DNA of 43,870 nt from Alphaproteobacteria bacterium. GTDB lineage: Bacteria; Pseudomonadota; Alphaproteobacteria; UBA8366; GCA-2717185. Of this stretch, positions 8,541 through 18,578 are shown one piece after another (within the stretch, counting starts at the first letter, position 1; every line of letters starts with the position of its first letter). Location: positions 1 to 43,870 of the forward strand of contig JBLHZD010000002.1 of the NCBI GenBank assembly GCA_047631095.1. Direction: 5' to 3'. The translations under genes and the position numbers were made by a program. Below the pieces are notes generated by a model that ran no database searches, had not been told where the DNA came from, and worked only from the letters and a program-made list of their open reading frames with translations.

Positions 8541-8672
8541 GGCTCGCGCCGGAGCGCTGGCGGTTTGTCCAGACTTTTGAGTTGCCAGATATTTAGCGCC
8601 ACGCTACCGTCAGTCTTCTTTGGCCAACAGCACCGGCCCTCGCAGGGCGGTTTTTCCCTTGGAGGCTCTTAA

Positions 8673-9896
8673 ATGAAATTTGGCATTTTCTATGAATTAC
8701 AACTGCCCCGTCCCTGGAAAGAGGGCGATGAGCAGCGCTTGTTCAACAACGCCCTGGATCAGATGGAGCTGGCCGACGGCTTGGGCTTTGATTATGCGTG
8801 GGAAGTTGAACATCACTTTCTCGAAGAGTATTCTCACTGCCCGTCGCCAGAGGTTTTCCTGGGCGCCGCCAGCCAGCGAACGAAAAACATTCGCTTGGGG
8901 CACGGCATTATCCAGCTCACCACCAACCATCCGGCCCGTGTTGCGGAGCGCGTCGCCTCGCTCGATCTGCTGAGCAACGGCCGCGTTGAGTTTGGCATGG
9001 GCGAAGGCGGCAGCGTCACCGAGCTGGCGCCCTTCGACTGCCCGATAGAGGACAAACGCGAAATTTGGGAAGACGCGGTGCGCGCGATCATCCCGATGTT
9101 CAAGGATGGCGGGTGCGAATATAACGGCGCGCATTATCAATTCCCGTTGCGCAATGTCCTGCCCAAACCCGCGCAAAAACCACATCCGCCACTTTGGGTT
9201 GCCTGTTCGCAATTACCAACCATCGAAATGGCCGGACGGCGCGGCATTGGCGCGCTGGGGTTTCAGTTTATCAGCGGCGATGCGGCGCAGGCCTGGGTGC
9301 ACGCCTATTATAACTCCTACACCAAGCGGCTGGATAAACTGACCGACTATCAAACCAACCCGAACATGGCGCTGGTCAGTTATTTCATGTGCGCGGAGAC
9401 GGATGAAGAAGCGCGACGTCGCGCCGACGGCATTCCGTTTTTCCAGTTCGCGTTGAAATTTTATAGCGCCGACCGGCTGGGCAAGGACCGGGATCGCCCA
9501 CCGCCCGGCACCGTCGACCTCTGGGCCGAATATGAGAAATGGAAATCCGAAAACCCGGACGCGCATCAACGCGCACTGTCCGGCGGATTGATCGGATCGC
9601 CGGAAACCATCCGCAACCGGTTGCGGAAATATTCATCGTCTCATGTCGACCAGATCATCCTGCTGAACCAGGCGGGTAAAAACTCGCACGACCATATTTG
9701 TGAAAGCCTGGAGCTGTTCGCAAAAGAGGTCATGCCGGAATTTCATGCCGAAGAACCAAAGCATCAGGAATGGAAACAAGGCGTGCTGGCGGGCGACATC
9801 GAGTTGGATGAAATCGATACTTCGCCCCATACGGCGCGGTTCAGTAAAAACTCCGTCCAATTATCGCCGGAAAAGGCCGCCGCTTCGGGCGACTGA
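8673..9896 (+). CDS. LLM-class (luciferase-like) flavin-dependent oxidoreductase/monooxygenase
   Basis: The N-terminus MKFGIFYELQLPRPW..GFDYAWEVEHHF..RLGHGI..NGRVEFGMGEG is typical of luciferase-like monooxygenases. A GGAGG Shine-Dalgarno sits at 8661-8665. Confidence 0.8.
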   Translation: MKFGIFYELQLPRPWKEGDEQRLFNNALDQMELADGLGFDYAWEVEHHFLEEYSHCPSPEVFLGAASQRTKNIRLGHGIIQLTTNHPARVAERVASLDLLSNGRVEFGMGEGGSVTELAPFDCPIEDKREIWEDAVRAIIPMFKDGGCEYNGAHYQFPLRNVLPKPAQKPHPPLWVACSQLPTIEMAGRRGIGALGFQFISGDAAQAWVHAYYNSYTKRLDKLTDYQTNPNMALVSYFMCAETDEEARRRADGIPFFQFALKFYSADRLGKDRDRPPPGTVDLWAEYEKWKSENPDAHQRALSGGLIGSPETIRNRLRKYSSSHVDQIILLNQAGKNSHDHICESLELFAKEVMPEFHAEEPKHQEWKQGVLAGDIELDEIDTSPHTARFSKNSVQLSPEKAAASGD

Positions 9897-9945
9897 CGCC
9901 TTATTTGAACCTCCAATTAGACACTGCCGGGCGTATAATTAAATT

Positions 9946-10125
9946 GTGCCCGGCGGCGCCCTGACGTAGGGTCGCCCCATAAGAAGTCGAGACAGGGAAG
10001 TCCGGTGCGATACCGGCGCTGCCCCCGCAACTGTAACAGCGGGACCGAAACAAAACGTCACTGGCAAAGGCTGGGAAGACGTTTCGGTTGAAATCCGCTG
10101 GAGCCAGGAGACCTCCTCGACGCAT
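9946..10125 (+). promoter_or_regulatory. Cobalamin (AdoCbl) riboswitch
   Basis: Conserved core AGGGAAGTCCGGTGCGATACCGGCGCTGCCCCCGCAACTGTAA (9994-10036), GTCACTGG..GGGAAGACG, and B12 box AGCCAGGAGACCTCC (10102-10116). The P1 candidate is GTCGAG (9986-9991) pairing with CTCGAC (10116-10121). A perfect TATAAT at 9934-9939 would place the TSS near 9946, but its -35 is weak. The element ends 8-12 nt before the cobU ATG. Confidence 0.9.
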
Positions 10126-10132
10126 TGAAACC

Positions 10133-10753
10133 ATGGCCCCTCGGGTGGAGGACCGCGCCATCGACGACCGAACGACCGTCCAATTGACTGCCCAATCGAC
10201 CAACCTGGCGCCCGTCACCCTGATTCTGGGCGGCGCGCGGTCGGGCAAAAGCGCGCGCGCGGAATCCATGATCGAAAGCGGGCTGGGCGAACACTGGGAC
10301 GACGCGTTCTATATCGCCACCGCTCAACAGTTTGATTCCGGCGCGAATGCGGACCCGGAAATGACCGCCCGCATTCACGACCATCAAGCGCGGCGCGGCG
10401 CGGTGTGGACGACCATTGAAGAACCGCTCGATTTACCCGGCGCGCTGAGTCGCCACGGCGGCCCGCGCCAACCTGTACTGGTGGATTGCCTGACGCTCTG
10501 GCTCACCAACACTATGCTCTCGGGCGCCGATTCCGAGGCGGCGACGACAAACCTGATCGATGGTTTCGCAACCCTGCTCGGCCCTGTCGTCTTTGTCTCC
10601 AATGAAGTCGGGCTGGGCATCGTGCCCGATAATGCGCTGGCGCGTGAATTTCGCGATTGCGCCGGGCGGTTGAACCAACGGGTCGCCGCAGCGGCGCAGC
10701 GGGTCGAATTTATCGCCGCCGGGCTGCCGATGCTTTTGAAAAACGAAACCTGA
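10133..10753 (+). CDS. cobU: Bifunctional adenosylcobinamide kinase / adenosylcobinamide-phosphate guanylyltransferase
   Basis: P-loop LILGGARSGKSARAE, VLVDCLTLWLTN, VSNEVGLGIVP. The start is ambiguous: ATG 10133, GTG 10145 or TTG 10184. The ORF-track start at 10088 lies inside the riboswitch. Confidence 0.88.
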   Translation: MAPRVEDRAIDDRTTVQLTAQSTNLAPVTLILGGARSGKSARAESMIESGLGEHWDDAFYIATAQQFDSGANADPEMTARIHDHQARRGAVWTTIEEPLDLPGALSRHGGPRQPVLVDCLTLWLTNTMLSGADSEAATTNLIDGFATLLGPVVFVSNEVGLGIVPDNALAREFRDCAGRLNQRVAAAAQRVEFIAAGLPMLLKNET

Positions 10754-10796
10754 TAACGCTACACATAAGTAAACGCGAAACATAAAAGGAAACTTC

Positions 10797-11825
10797 ATGG
10801 CCGCACGTATCCCCGCTACCGTCATCACCGGCTTTCTGGGCGCTGGAAAAACCAGCATGATCCGCCACCTTGTGGAGAATAATAACGGCAAACGTCTGGC
10901 GTTTCTGATCAACGAATTCGGCGATCTGGGCGTTGACCGGGAATTGCTTCTGGGCTGCGGCGTGGAAGGGTGCGACGAAGACGACATTGTGGAGCTGGCG
11001 AATGGCTGCATCTGTTGCACCGTCGCCGACGATTTCGCACCGGCGATTGAAAGCCTGCTGGACCGCCCCAATCCCCCCGATCACATCCTTATTGAAACCT
11101 CGGGCCTGGCGTTGCCGCAACCGCTGGTCGCCGCCTTCAATTGGCCAGAGATTCGCAGCCGCGTGACCGTCGACGGCGTTATCACCGTGGTCGACGCCGC
11201 CGCCGCCGCCGATGGGCGCTTCGCCCATGATCCCGACGCAGTCCAGTCCCAGCGCGAGGCGGACCCCGCGCTGGATCATGACGACCCCATCGAAGAACTT
11301 TTTGAAGATCAGCTTAATTGCGCCGACGTCGTCGTGCTGAACAAAACCGATTTACTGGACGCCCCAGCGCTGGCCGCGCTGAATAAGGAGATCACCGGAC
11401 AATTGCGCGACGGCGTTCGCTTGCTATCCGCCGCGCATGGAAAACTGGATCCAGCCGTCCTGCTGGGCTTGGGGCTGGAGTCTGAAACCGATATCGACGC
11501 GCGCAAGTCCCACCATGACGACGAAGAAGAGCACGACCACGATGAGTTCGATTCCTTCGCCGTCGACCTGGGCGACATCGACGACGCCGATGGGCTGGAG
11601 CAACGCCTGGTCCAGTTAGTACGCGACCACGACATTCTTCGCGTGAAAGGGTTCCTCAACCGTCCCGGCCGGGATCGTCGTGAAATCATTCAAGGCGTCG
11701 GCCCGCGCTTCCAGCGCTACTTTGACCGGGATTGGCGCGACGACGAACCGCGCCGCTCTCAATTGGTCATTATCGGTATGGCGGGTCTGGACCAATCCGC
11801 CATTACGCAATCGCTTTTGGCCTGA
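10797..11825 (+). CDS. cobW: CobW (G3E-family metallochaperone GTPase)
   Basis: P-loop GFLGAGKTS, CICCTV metal motif, His/Asp/Glu-rich stretch SHHDDEEEHDHDEFD, 342 aa. Confidence 0.9.
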   Translation: MAARIPATVITGFLGAGKTSMIRHLVENNNGKRLAFLINEFGDLGVDRELLLGCGVEGCDEDDIVELANGCICCTVADDFAPAIESLLDRPNPPDHILIETSGLALPQPLVAAFNWPEIRSRVTVDGVITVVDAAAAADGRFAHDPDAVQSQREADPALDHDDPIEELFEDQLNCADVVVLNKTDLLDAPALAALNKEITGQLRDGVRLLSAAHGKLDPAVLLGLGLESETDIDARKSHHDDEEEHDHDEFDSFAVDLGDIDDADGLEQRLVQLVRDHDILRVKGFLNRPGRDRREIIQGVGPRFQRYFDRDWRDDEPRRSQLVIIGMAGLDQSAITQSLLA

Positions 11826-11837
11826 TCGAAAAGACCG

Positions 11838-14800
11838 ATGCATTTACTCGCAGCGCAACCGGGGCTGATCGACGATGGGTCAGAAGCCATCGATCTGGGC
11901 CAAACCCCCGGCGACATCGTCGTCCTGAGCGCTGCCGATAGTGAAATCGCCGCCCTCGCCTCCGCGCAGGATCATATTCTCACACAGGATCCCGCTGCAC
12001 CCAGCTTGCGCCTGGCCAACCTCATGCATCTTGGCCACAACATGTCCGTTGATTTGTATCTGGAGCAGGTCATCGATGGCGCGCGACTGGTGATTGTCCG
12101 GTTGCTGGGCGGACGCGGCTACTGGCCCTATGGGGTCGAACAGATTTCCGCACGGTGCGCGGCGCGCGGCGTTCGCGTCGCATGGTTGCCGGGAGACGAT
12201 CAACCCGACGCCGACTTATCAAGCCTGTCGAGCGTATCCCCCGACGCCGGACATCGCCTTTGGCAATATTGCGTTCATGGCGGCGGCGGAAATGCGCAGT
12301 CCTTTCTCCGCTTTGCGGCCACCTTGATTGGTCACGAGACGCCGTGGCGCGAACCAGCGCCCTTGATGCGCGCGGGGCTTTACTGGCCAGGACAGGATAA
12401 TCCATCGCTGGAAACACTGCCCCACCAGAGCGCGCGCCCGCGCGCCGCGATTCTGTTCTATCGCGCACTGACGCAAAGCGCGAACACGGTCGTGATCGAC
12501 GCGCTTATCGACGCGCTAGATCAACAGGGGTTGAACCCGCTGCCAATCTTCGCTTCCAGTCTGAAAGACCCGCTGGCCGCTGACATCGTTCGCGCGCTGC
12601 TCCACGATGCGCCGCCTGATGTAATTTTAAACGGCACGGGGTTCGCGCTCTCCAACCCCGGCGCGGAGAGAAGCGAGACGCCCTTCGACGATGCGGATTG
12701 CCCGATCCTGCAAATCGTGTTTTCCGGCGGAAGCGAGGCCGCCTGGCGCGAGGGAACACGCGGGCTGTCCGCACGCGATATCGCCATGAATGTCGCTTTG
12801 CCGGAAGTCGATGGGCGCATCCTGACCCGCGCCGTCAGCTTCAAAGGGCAAGCGCGGCGCAACGAATCCAGCCAAACCGATATCGTGGAATACCAACCCG
12901 TCGCAGACCGGGTCGACTTCACCGCCCAACTGGCCGCCGCCTGGGCGCGGCTGCGGCGCAAATCCGCAAGCGACCGGCGCGTTGGAATCGTGTTGGCGAA
13001 TTACCCCAACAAAGACGGACGCATAGGCAATGGCGTCGGCCTCGACACGCCTGCGGGAACGGTCAATGTTCTAAAGTCCCTTGCGACGGCGGGATACCGG
13101 GTCATTGAGGCGCCCACAACCGGCGCGGCGCTGGTGGCGCGACTGGCGGCGGGCCCCACGAACGCCGGGTGGCGCGGGCGGGAAATTCGCGAAACCCTGT
13201 CCTTCGCCGACTATCAGATTTTTTTCGCCAGCCTGCCGACATCCGTCCAGACGGCGGTGATGGATCGATGGGGACCACCGGAACGCGATCCGTTTTACAG
13301 ACCCGGCGCGGTCGATTGCGGCGCCTTCGCCATTTCCACTTATCGCTGCGGCAACATCGCCATCGCACTGCAACCAGCGCGCGGATACAACATCGATCCC
13401 GTCTCGTCCTATCATGACCCGGCCTTGCCGCCGCCGCATAATTATCTGGCGTTCCACGCCTGGCTGCGGACCGAATTTCGCGCCGACGCCGTTATTCATA
13501 TGGGCAAACACGGTAATCTGGAATGGCTCCCCGGCAAGGCGCTGGCGATGTCGGCGGAATGTTTCCCCGAAGCGGCGCTCGGCCCCATGCCGAACCTGTA
13601 CCCTTTTATCGTCAACGACCCTGGCGAGGGCAGTCAGGCGAAACGGCGCGCACAGGCGGTCATTATCGATCACCTCACCCCGCCGCTGACGCGGGCGGAA
13701 AGTTACGGCCCGCTGCGCGATCTGGAACAGCTGGTCGATGAATATTTTGAAGCCGCCGGACTTGATCCAAGACGCCTGAAAGTTCTGGGCGCCCAAATTC
13801 TTGAACTCGCACAATCCACCGGGCTCGACCGTGATTGCGGGATGGCGGCGGACGCAAATGAGGCCGAATCGCTCGCCGCGCTCGACAATTACCTGTGCGA
13901 GTTAAAGGAAATGCAGATCCGCGACGGGCTGCATATTTTCGGCGAAACCCCTTCCGGCGGCCTGCTCGATGACTTACTTGTCGCCCTGACCCGCACCCCG
14001 CGCGCGGCGGGCGCAGGCGCGGACGCATCCTTGATTCGCGCATTGGCGGCGGATTTCGATATGGAATTCGATCCACTGGAATGCGTTCAAAGCGACCCCT
14101 GGACAGGGCCGCGCCCGGACATCTTAGCCAGCGTGCTCGCCGAGGGCGAAGCATGGCGCACCCATGGCGATACCGTGGAGCGGTTGGAAATACTGGCGAC
14201 GCACATCGTCGCAGGCGGAACAATGGCGCCGGGCGACGCATCACGCGCCGTGCTTGGTTTCATCGATTCGGTGTTACGGCCAAACCTCGCGCGCTGCGGT
14301 CCGGCGGAACTCGACGGAATCATGTGCGGCCTGGACGGACGGTTCGTGGCGCCAGGCCCGTCCGGTGCGCCGACGCGGGGGCGCCCCGACGTGCTGCCCA
14401 CGGGGCGCAATTTTTATTCGCTCGACACGCGCACCGTTCCAACGCCGGCGGCGTGGCTGCTGGGCTGGAAATCAGCGCAAATGCTGGTGGAACGCCATGC
14501 GCAGGACCACGGCGGCTGGCCCGCGCGGCTGGCCATCAGCGCCTGGGGGACGTCGAACATGCGCACCGGCGGCGACGATATCGCACAGGCCATGGCCTTG
14601 ATGGGCGCGCGACCGACCTGGGATTCCGCATCCCGGCGAGTTACGGGGTTCGAGATAATGCCACTGGATGTTCTCGACCGACCGCGTGTGGACGTCACTT
14701 TACGCATCTCCGGCTTTTTCCGGGACGCCTTCCCCGGCCTGATTGATCTATTCGATTCCGCAGCGCGCGCCGTCGCCGCGCTGGACGAATCGGAGCGCGA

Positions 14801-15593
14801 CAATCCGCTGGCCGCCCGTGTCGCCGCCGATACCGCCCAACTCGAAGAACAGGGATTGGACATTGATCAGGCGCAGTCGCGCGCCGGGGCGCGGGTCTTT
14901 GGATCAAAACCGGGCGCGTATGGTGCGGGGTTACAGGCGTTGATCGACGAACACGGATGGACGACGAAGGACGATCTGGCGCGCGCCTATATCGCCTGGG
15001 GCGGGTTTCGTTATGGCGCCGGCGCGCAAGGCGAATCGGCGCACGGGCTTTTTGAATCGCGGCTGCGCGCGGTTGATGTCGTGGTGCATAACCAGGACAA
15101 CCGGGAGCATGATTTGCTCGATTCAGATGATTATTATCAATTTGAAGGTGGGTTGAGCGCAGCGGTGGAAAGCCTGTCCGGTCAACGTCCGACAATTTAT
15201 CACGGCGATCATTCCCGCCCCGAATCACCAAAAATTAGAACCCTGGACGAAGAAATCGCCCGGGTGGTGCGCGCCCGCGCCGTGAATCCCAAATGGATCA
15301 ACGGCGTCATGCGCCATGGATATAAGGGCGCTTTTGAAATCGCCGCGACCGTCGATTACCTGTTCGCCTTTGCGGCGACGGCGGGCTGCGTGGCTGATCA
15401 TCATTTCGACGCCGTCTACGACGCCTATATCGGCGACGAGACCGTGCGAAACTTTATAGAAGACGCTAACCCGCAGGCGCTCCAGGAAATTTCCGAACGC
15501 CTGATTGAAGCCCAGACAAGAGGGCTTTGGCGCCCGCGACGAAACACCGCTTTCGCGTTTCTGGAAAGCTTGCTGCAAAATGACCAAATGTAA
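11838..15593 (+). CDS. cobN: Cobaltochelatase large subunit CobN
   Basis: 1251 aa. Size and sequence are typical of the CobN/Mg-chelatase-H family, and the gene follows cobW by 12 nt. Confidence 0.95.
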   Translation: MHLLAAQPGLIDDGSEAIDLGQTPGDIVVLSAADSEIAALASAQDHILTQDPAAPSLRLANLMHLGHNMSVDLYLEQVIDGARLVIVRLLGGRGYWPYGVEQISARCAARGVRVAWLPGDDQPDADLSSLSSVSPDAGHRLWQYCVHGGGGNAQSFLRFAATLIGHETPWREPAPLMRAGLYWPGQDNPSLETLPHQSARPRAAILFYRALTQSANTVVIDALIDALDQQGLNPLPIFASSLKDPLAADIVRALLHDAPPDVILNGTGFALSNPGAERSETPFDDADCPILQIVFSGGSEAAWREGTRGLSARDIAMNVALPEVDGRILTRAVSFKGQARRNESSQTDIVEYQPVADRVDFTAQLAAAWARLRRKSASDRRVGIVLANYPNKDGRIGNGVGLDTPAGTVNVLKSLATAGYRVIEAPTTGAALVARLAAGPTNAGWRGREIRETLSFADYQIFFASLPTSVQTAVMDRWGPPERDPFYRPGAVDCGAFAISTYRCGNIAIALQPARGYNIDPVSSYHDPALPPPHNYLAFHAWLRTEFRADAVIHMGKHGNLEWLPGKALAMSAECFPEAALGPMPNLYPFIVNDPGEGSQAKRRAQAVIIDHLTPPLTRAESYGPLRDLEQLVDEYFEAAGLDPRRLKVLGAQILELAQSTGLDRDCGMAADANEAESLAALDNYLCELKEMQIRDGLHIFGETPSGGLLDDLLVALTRTPRAAGAGADASLIRALAADFDMEFDPLECVQSDPWTGPRPDILASVLAEGEAWRTHGDTVERLEILATHIVAGGTMAPGDASRAVLGFIDSVLRPNLARCGPAELDGIMCGLDGRFVAPGPSGAPTRGRPDVLPTGRNFYSLDTRTVPTPAAWLLGWKSAQMLVERHAQDHGGWPARLAISAWGTSNMRTGGDDIAQAMALMGARPTWDSASRRVTGFEIMPLDVLDRPRVDVTLRISGFFRDAFPGLIDLFDSAARAVAALDESERDNPLAARVAADTAQLEEQGLDIDQAQSRAGARVFGSKPGAYGAGLQALIDEHGWTTKDDLARAYIAWGGFRYGAGAQGESAHGLFESRLRAVDVVVHNQDNREHDLLDSDDYYQFEGGLSAAVESLSGQRPTIYHGDHSRPESPKIRTLDEEIARVVRARAVNPKWINGVMRHGYKGAFEIAATVDYLFAFAATAGCVADHHFDAVYDAYIGDETVRNFIEDANPQALQEISERLIEAQTRGLWRPRRNTAFAFLESLLQNDQM

Positions 15594-15650
15594 AAGACCA
15601 GGTATACTGGTCATCCAAACGCCGACACCGCCAGCCAGGGAGAGACAACT

Positions 15651-16274
15651 ATGAAAACCGCCGGCATGACCGAACAGGAAGTTAATGAACGCCATGCGGA
15701 AAAGATGGCCAACAAGAAAGCGGCGCGGGATAAAATTCTGGCGACCAAGACCGAGGAAAAAGGCCTGCTGATCGTTCATACGGGTAAGGGAAAAGGCAAA
15801 TCAACCGCCGCGATGGGGCTGGCTGTGCGCGCCATCGGCAATGATATGAAAGTCGGAATCGTGCAGTTCGTCAAAGGCGTCTGGGAAACCGGGGAACGCG
15901 TGGTTCTGGATAAATTTCCAGAGCTTTGCACGATCAAGGCGATGGGCGAGGGCTTCACCTGGGACACGCAGGACCGACAACGCGATATTGACGCCGCCCA
16001 AGCCGCCTGGACGTACGCGAAGGAAATTATGGCCGACCCGTCTTATAAAGTCATAATTCTCGATGAACTAAATATTGTATTGCGTTATACCTATATCCCA
16101 CTAGATGAAGTGTTGGAGACGTTATCGCAAAAGCGCCCGGATTTGCATGTCGTCATCACCGGTCGTAATGCAAAGCAGCCCTTGATCGATATCGCCGACC
16201 TTGTGACCGAGATGACGGAAGTGAAACATCCCTTTCGCGCGGGCGTAAAAGCGCAGATCGGAATCGAGTTTTAG
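15651..16274 (+). CDS. cobO: Cob(I)yrinic acid a,c-diamide adenosyltransferase
   Basis: 207 aa. P-loop HTGKGKGKSTAAMG, VQFVKG, ILDEL. GGGAGAG Shine-Dalgarno at 15638-15644. Confidence 0.9.
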   Translation: MKTAGMTEQEVNERHAEKMANKKAARDKILATKTEEKGLLIVHTGKGKGKSTAAMGLAVRAIGNDMKVGIVQFVKGVWETGERVVLDKFPELCTIKAMGEGFTWDTQDRQRDIDAAQAAWTYAKEIMADPSYKVIILDELNIVLRYTYIPLDEVLETLSQKRPDLHVVITGRNAKQPLIDIADLVTEMTEVKHPFRAGVKAQIGIEF

Positions 16275-16346
16275 AAACGCGTTTTTTTGCGGCGCGTTCT
16301 AATGATTTGTCGAATGACGGTTCAAAATTTTAGCGGAGAGCATTCC

Positions 16347-17057
16347 ATGTCCATAGTCGCCTCGAGACGCATTCCCGGTTTTACGGGGGTTCTTTTGATC
16401 CTTTTATTCGCGGCGTCCCTTGTTTCGCCACGGCCCGCGCTGGCGTATACCGAAAGTCAGGAACTGGTCGACAAATCGCTTATCTCGCTTCAAAAGATCA
16501 TGTCGAAACCTGACATCGCGCCGCATCTGGGCAAATATCTGGCCCAGGCGAAAGGCGTATTGATCTTTCCCAACTTGCTGAAAGCGGGCTTTATCTTCGG
16601 CGCGGAAGGCGGCGGCGGCGTGTTGCTGGCCAAAGGCGCAAACGGACAATGGAGCTACCCGGCGTTTGTCCTGATGGGCTCCGCCAGCTTTGGGCTGCAA
16701 TTTGGCGGCCAGGCTTCGGAAACCGTCATTGCGATCATGACGTCGAAAGGGTTGGCGTCGGTTTTAAAACATAAGGTCAAAGTCGGCGCGGAACTGAATG
16801 CGTCGGTCGGACCGTTGGGCGTGGGCGTTGAAGGATCGACGTCCGCGGCGCTGGGCGCGGATATGATTACCTATTCCGTCAGCAAGGGCGCGTTTATCGG
16901 CGGCGCCTTGGAAGGCGCGATCATCGAAACGCAAGAGTCGCTGAACCATGAATATTATGAAAGCACCGGCGCCGCGCCATCGACGATCCTGATCAAGGGC
17001 AAATACGCCAATACCAGCGCGAACAATCTGCGCAAGGCGTTGGCGGACATCAAATAG
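16347..17057 (+). CDS. Secreted SYLF (Ysc84/DUF500) domain protein
   Basis: The ATG at 16347 is preceded by GGAGAG. Signal peptide ..[21 protein letters not shown]. Gly-rich SYLF-like core [43 protein letters not shown]. It lies between cobO (72-nt gap) and cobQ (23-nt gap). Confidence 0.7.
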   Translation: MSIVASRRIPGFTGVLLILLFAASLVSPRPALAYTESQELVDKSLISLQKIMSKPDIAPHLGKYLAQAKGVLIFPNLLKAGFIFGAEGGGGVLLAKGANGQWSYPAFVLMGSASFGLQFGGQASETVIAIMTSKGLASVLKHKVKVGAELNASVGPLGVGVEGSTSAALGADMITYSVSKGAFIGGALEGAIIETQESLNHEYYESTGAAPSTILIKGKYANTSANNLRKALADIK

Positions 17058-17080
17058 CGCCGCGATCCTTCGGCGACGCT

Positions 17081-18568
17081 ATGCCCAAAACACCGGCGTT
17101 GATGGTGCAAGGCACCGGTTCCGATGTGGGTAAGTCATTGTTGGTCGCCGGGCTGTGTCGCGCGGCGGTGAACCGGGGCCTGCGCGTCGCGCCGTTCAAA
17201 CCGCAAAACATGTCAAACAACGCCGCCGTCACCCCGGATGGCGGCGAAATCGGTCGCGCCCAGGCGCTACAGGCCCGCGCGTGCAGACTGGCGCCAAATG
17301 TTCATATGAACCCGGTGCTGCTGAAACCACAAAGCGACATCGGCGCGCAAATTATCGTACAGGGGTCGGTGATGGGGAACGCCAAGGCGCGGGACTATCA
17401 CGCATTGAAGCTGACGCTGTTACCCAAGGTTCTGGAAAGCTTTGAGCGACTGTCAAAGGACGTCGATCTGATCCTTGTCGAAGGCGCGGGGAGCCCGGCG
17501 GAAGTCAATTTACGCGACGGCGACATCGCCAATATGGGCTTTGCGGAAGCCGCGGATTTACCTGTTATCCTGGTTGCGGATATCGACCGAGGCGGCGTCA
17601 TCGCCAGTCTGGTCGGCACCCACGCCTTGTTAACCGAGGCTGAACAACACCGCATCGCGGGCTATATCATCAACAAGTTTCGCGGCGACAAATCCTTATT
17701 CGACCCGGCGCTCGACATTATCGGCGCGCGCACCGGCATGATTTGCCACGGCGTCATACCGTGGTTTGAGGCCGCCCGGCGCTTGCCCGCCGAAGACGCC
17801 ATGATTCTGGAGGCGCTGGAAGCGCCAGACAATCTCGTTGCCGGCGCTAAAAAGATACATATTTCTGTGCCCCGGCTGGGCCGCATCGCCAATTTTGATG
17901 ATCTCGACCCCTTGCGCGCCGAACCGGGGGTGACGGTTTCCATCATCCAACCAGGCGCGGTCATTCCCGCCGAGACAGACGTTATTCTTCTCCCTGGATC
18001 CAAATCGACGCGCGCGGATCTGGATCAACTTCGCGAACAGGGATGGGATATCGATATCCACGCCCATGTCCGGCGCGGCGGCGTGGTGGTTGGGTTATGT
18101 GGCGGTTATCAAATGTTGGGCGCGCGCGTCGCCGACCCAAAGGGAGTTGAAGGAACGCCGGGCGAGACTGCGGGGCTGGGCCTGCTGGAAGTGGACACGA
18201 TTATCGGCGGCGCCAAAACATTAACCGAAGTCACCTTTCGCGATCCCGCTTCTGGCGTCGCCGCGCGCGGTTATGAAATGCATATGGGCGAAACTACCGG
18301 ACCCGCCACAAAACGCCCAATGTTGGAAACCAACGGCGGCGGACACGACCGGGGCGCGACCTCGCCCAACGGGTTGGTCATGGGGTGCTATGTCCACGGG
18401 CTCTTCGCCGCCGACGCCTATCGCGCCGCATTTTTGAACCGCATTCGCGTTGGCGACTATGGCCAAACCGCGCATGACGCGCTGGTCGAGGCGACTCTGG
18501 ACAATCTGGCCGCCCATCTGGAAACCCATCTCGACGTCGATAAATTACTGGCGATCGCCGGGGCTTAA
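17081..18568 (+). CDS. cobQ: Cobyric acid synthase
   Basis: N-terminal [12 protein letters not shown] and a C-terminal glutamine amidotransferase domain with [10 protein letters not shown]; 495 aa. Confidence 0.92.
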   Translation: MPKTPALMVQGTGSDVGKSLLVAGLCRAAVNRGLRVAPFKPQNMSNNAAVTPDGGEIGRAQALQARACRLAPNVHMNPVLLKPQSDIGAQIIVQGSVMGNAKARDYHALKLTLLPKVLESFERLSKDVDLILVEGAGSPAEVNLRDGDIANMGFAEAADLPVILVADIDRGGVIASLVGTHALLTEAEQHRIAGYIINKFRGDKSLFDPALDIIGARTGMICHGVIPWFEAARRLPAEDAMILEALEAPDNLVAGAKKIHISVPRLGRIANFDDLDPLRAEPGVTVSIIQPGAVIPAETDVILLPGSKSTRADLDQLREQGWDIDIHAHVRRGGVVVGLCGGYQMLGARVADPKGVEGTPGETAGLGLLEVDTIIGGAKTLTEVTFRDPASGVAARGYEMHMGETTGPATKRPMLETNGGGHDRGATSPNGLVMGCYVHGLFAADAYRAAFLNRIRVGDYGQTAHDALVEATLDNLAAHLETHLDVDKLLAIAGA

Positions 18569-18578
18569 TTCCCTGAGC

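Noticed and set aside
8636-8655. Small hairpin GCCCT-CGC-AGGGC followed by GGTTTTT after the DUF2062 gene, as a possible terminator
   Set aside because: The stem has only 5 bp and a 3-nt loop, which is too weak to call. It may still reduce read-through into the LLM gene.
9905-9939. A complete sigma70-type promoter for the riboswitch operon
   Set aside because: There is a perfect TATAAT at 9934-9939. The nearby TTG-containing hexamers (TTGAAC at 9905, TTAGAC at 9917) sit at 23-nt and 11-nt spacings, so only the -10 is supported. It is mentioned in the riboswitch evidence only.
16275-16346. An inverted repeat around GAAACGCG-TTTTTTT-GCGG-CGCGTTC after cobO, as a possible terminator
   Set aside because: The T-run lies in the loop rather than after the stem, and the stem is imperfect. 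I do not regard it as separating cobO from the SYLF gene.
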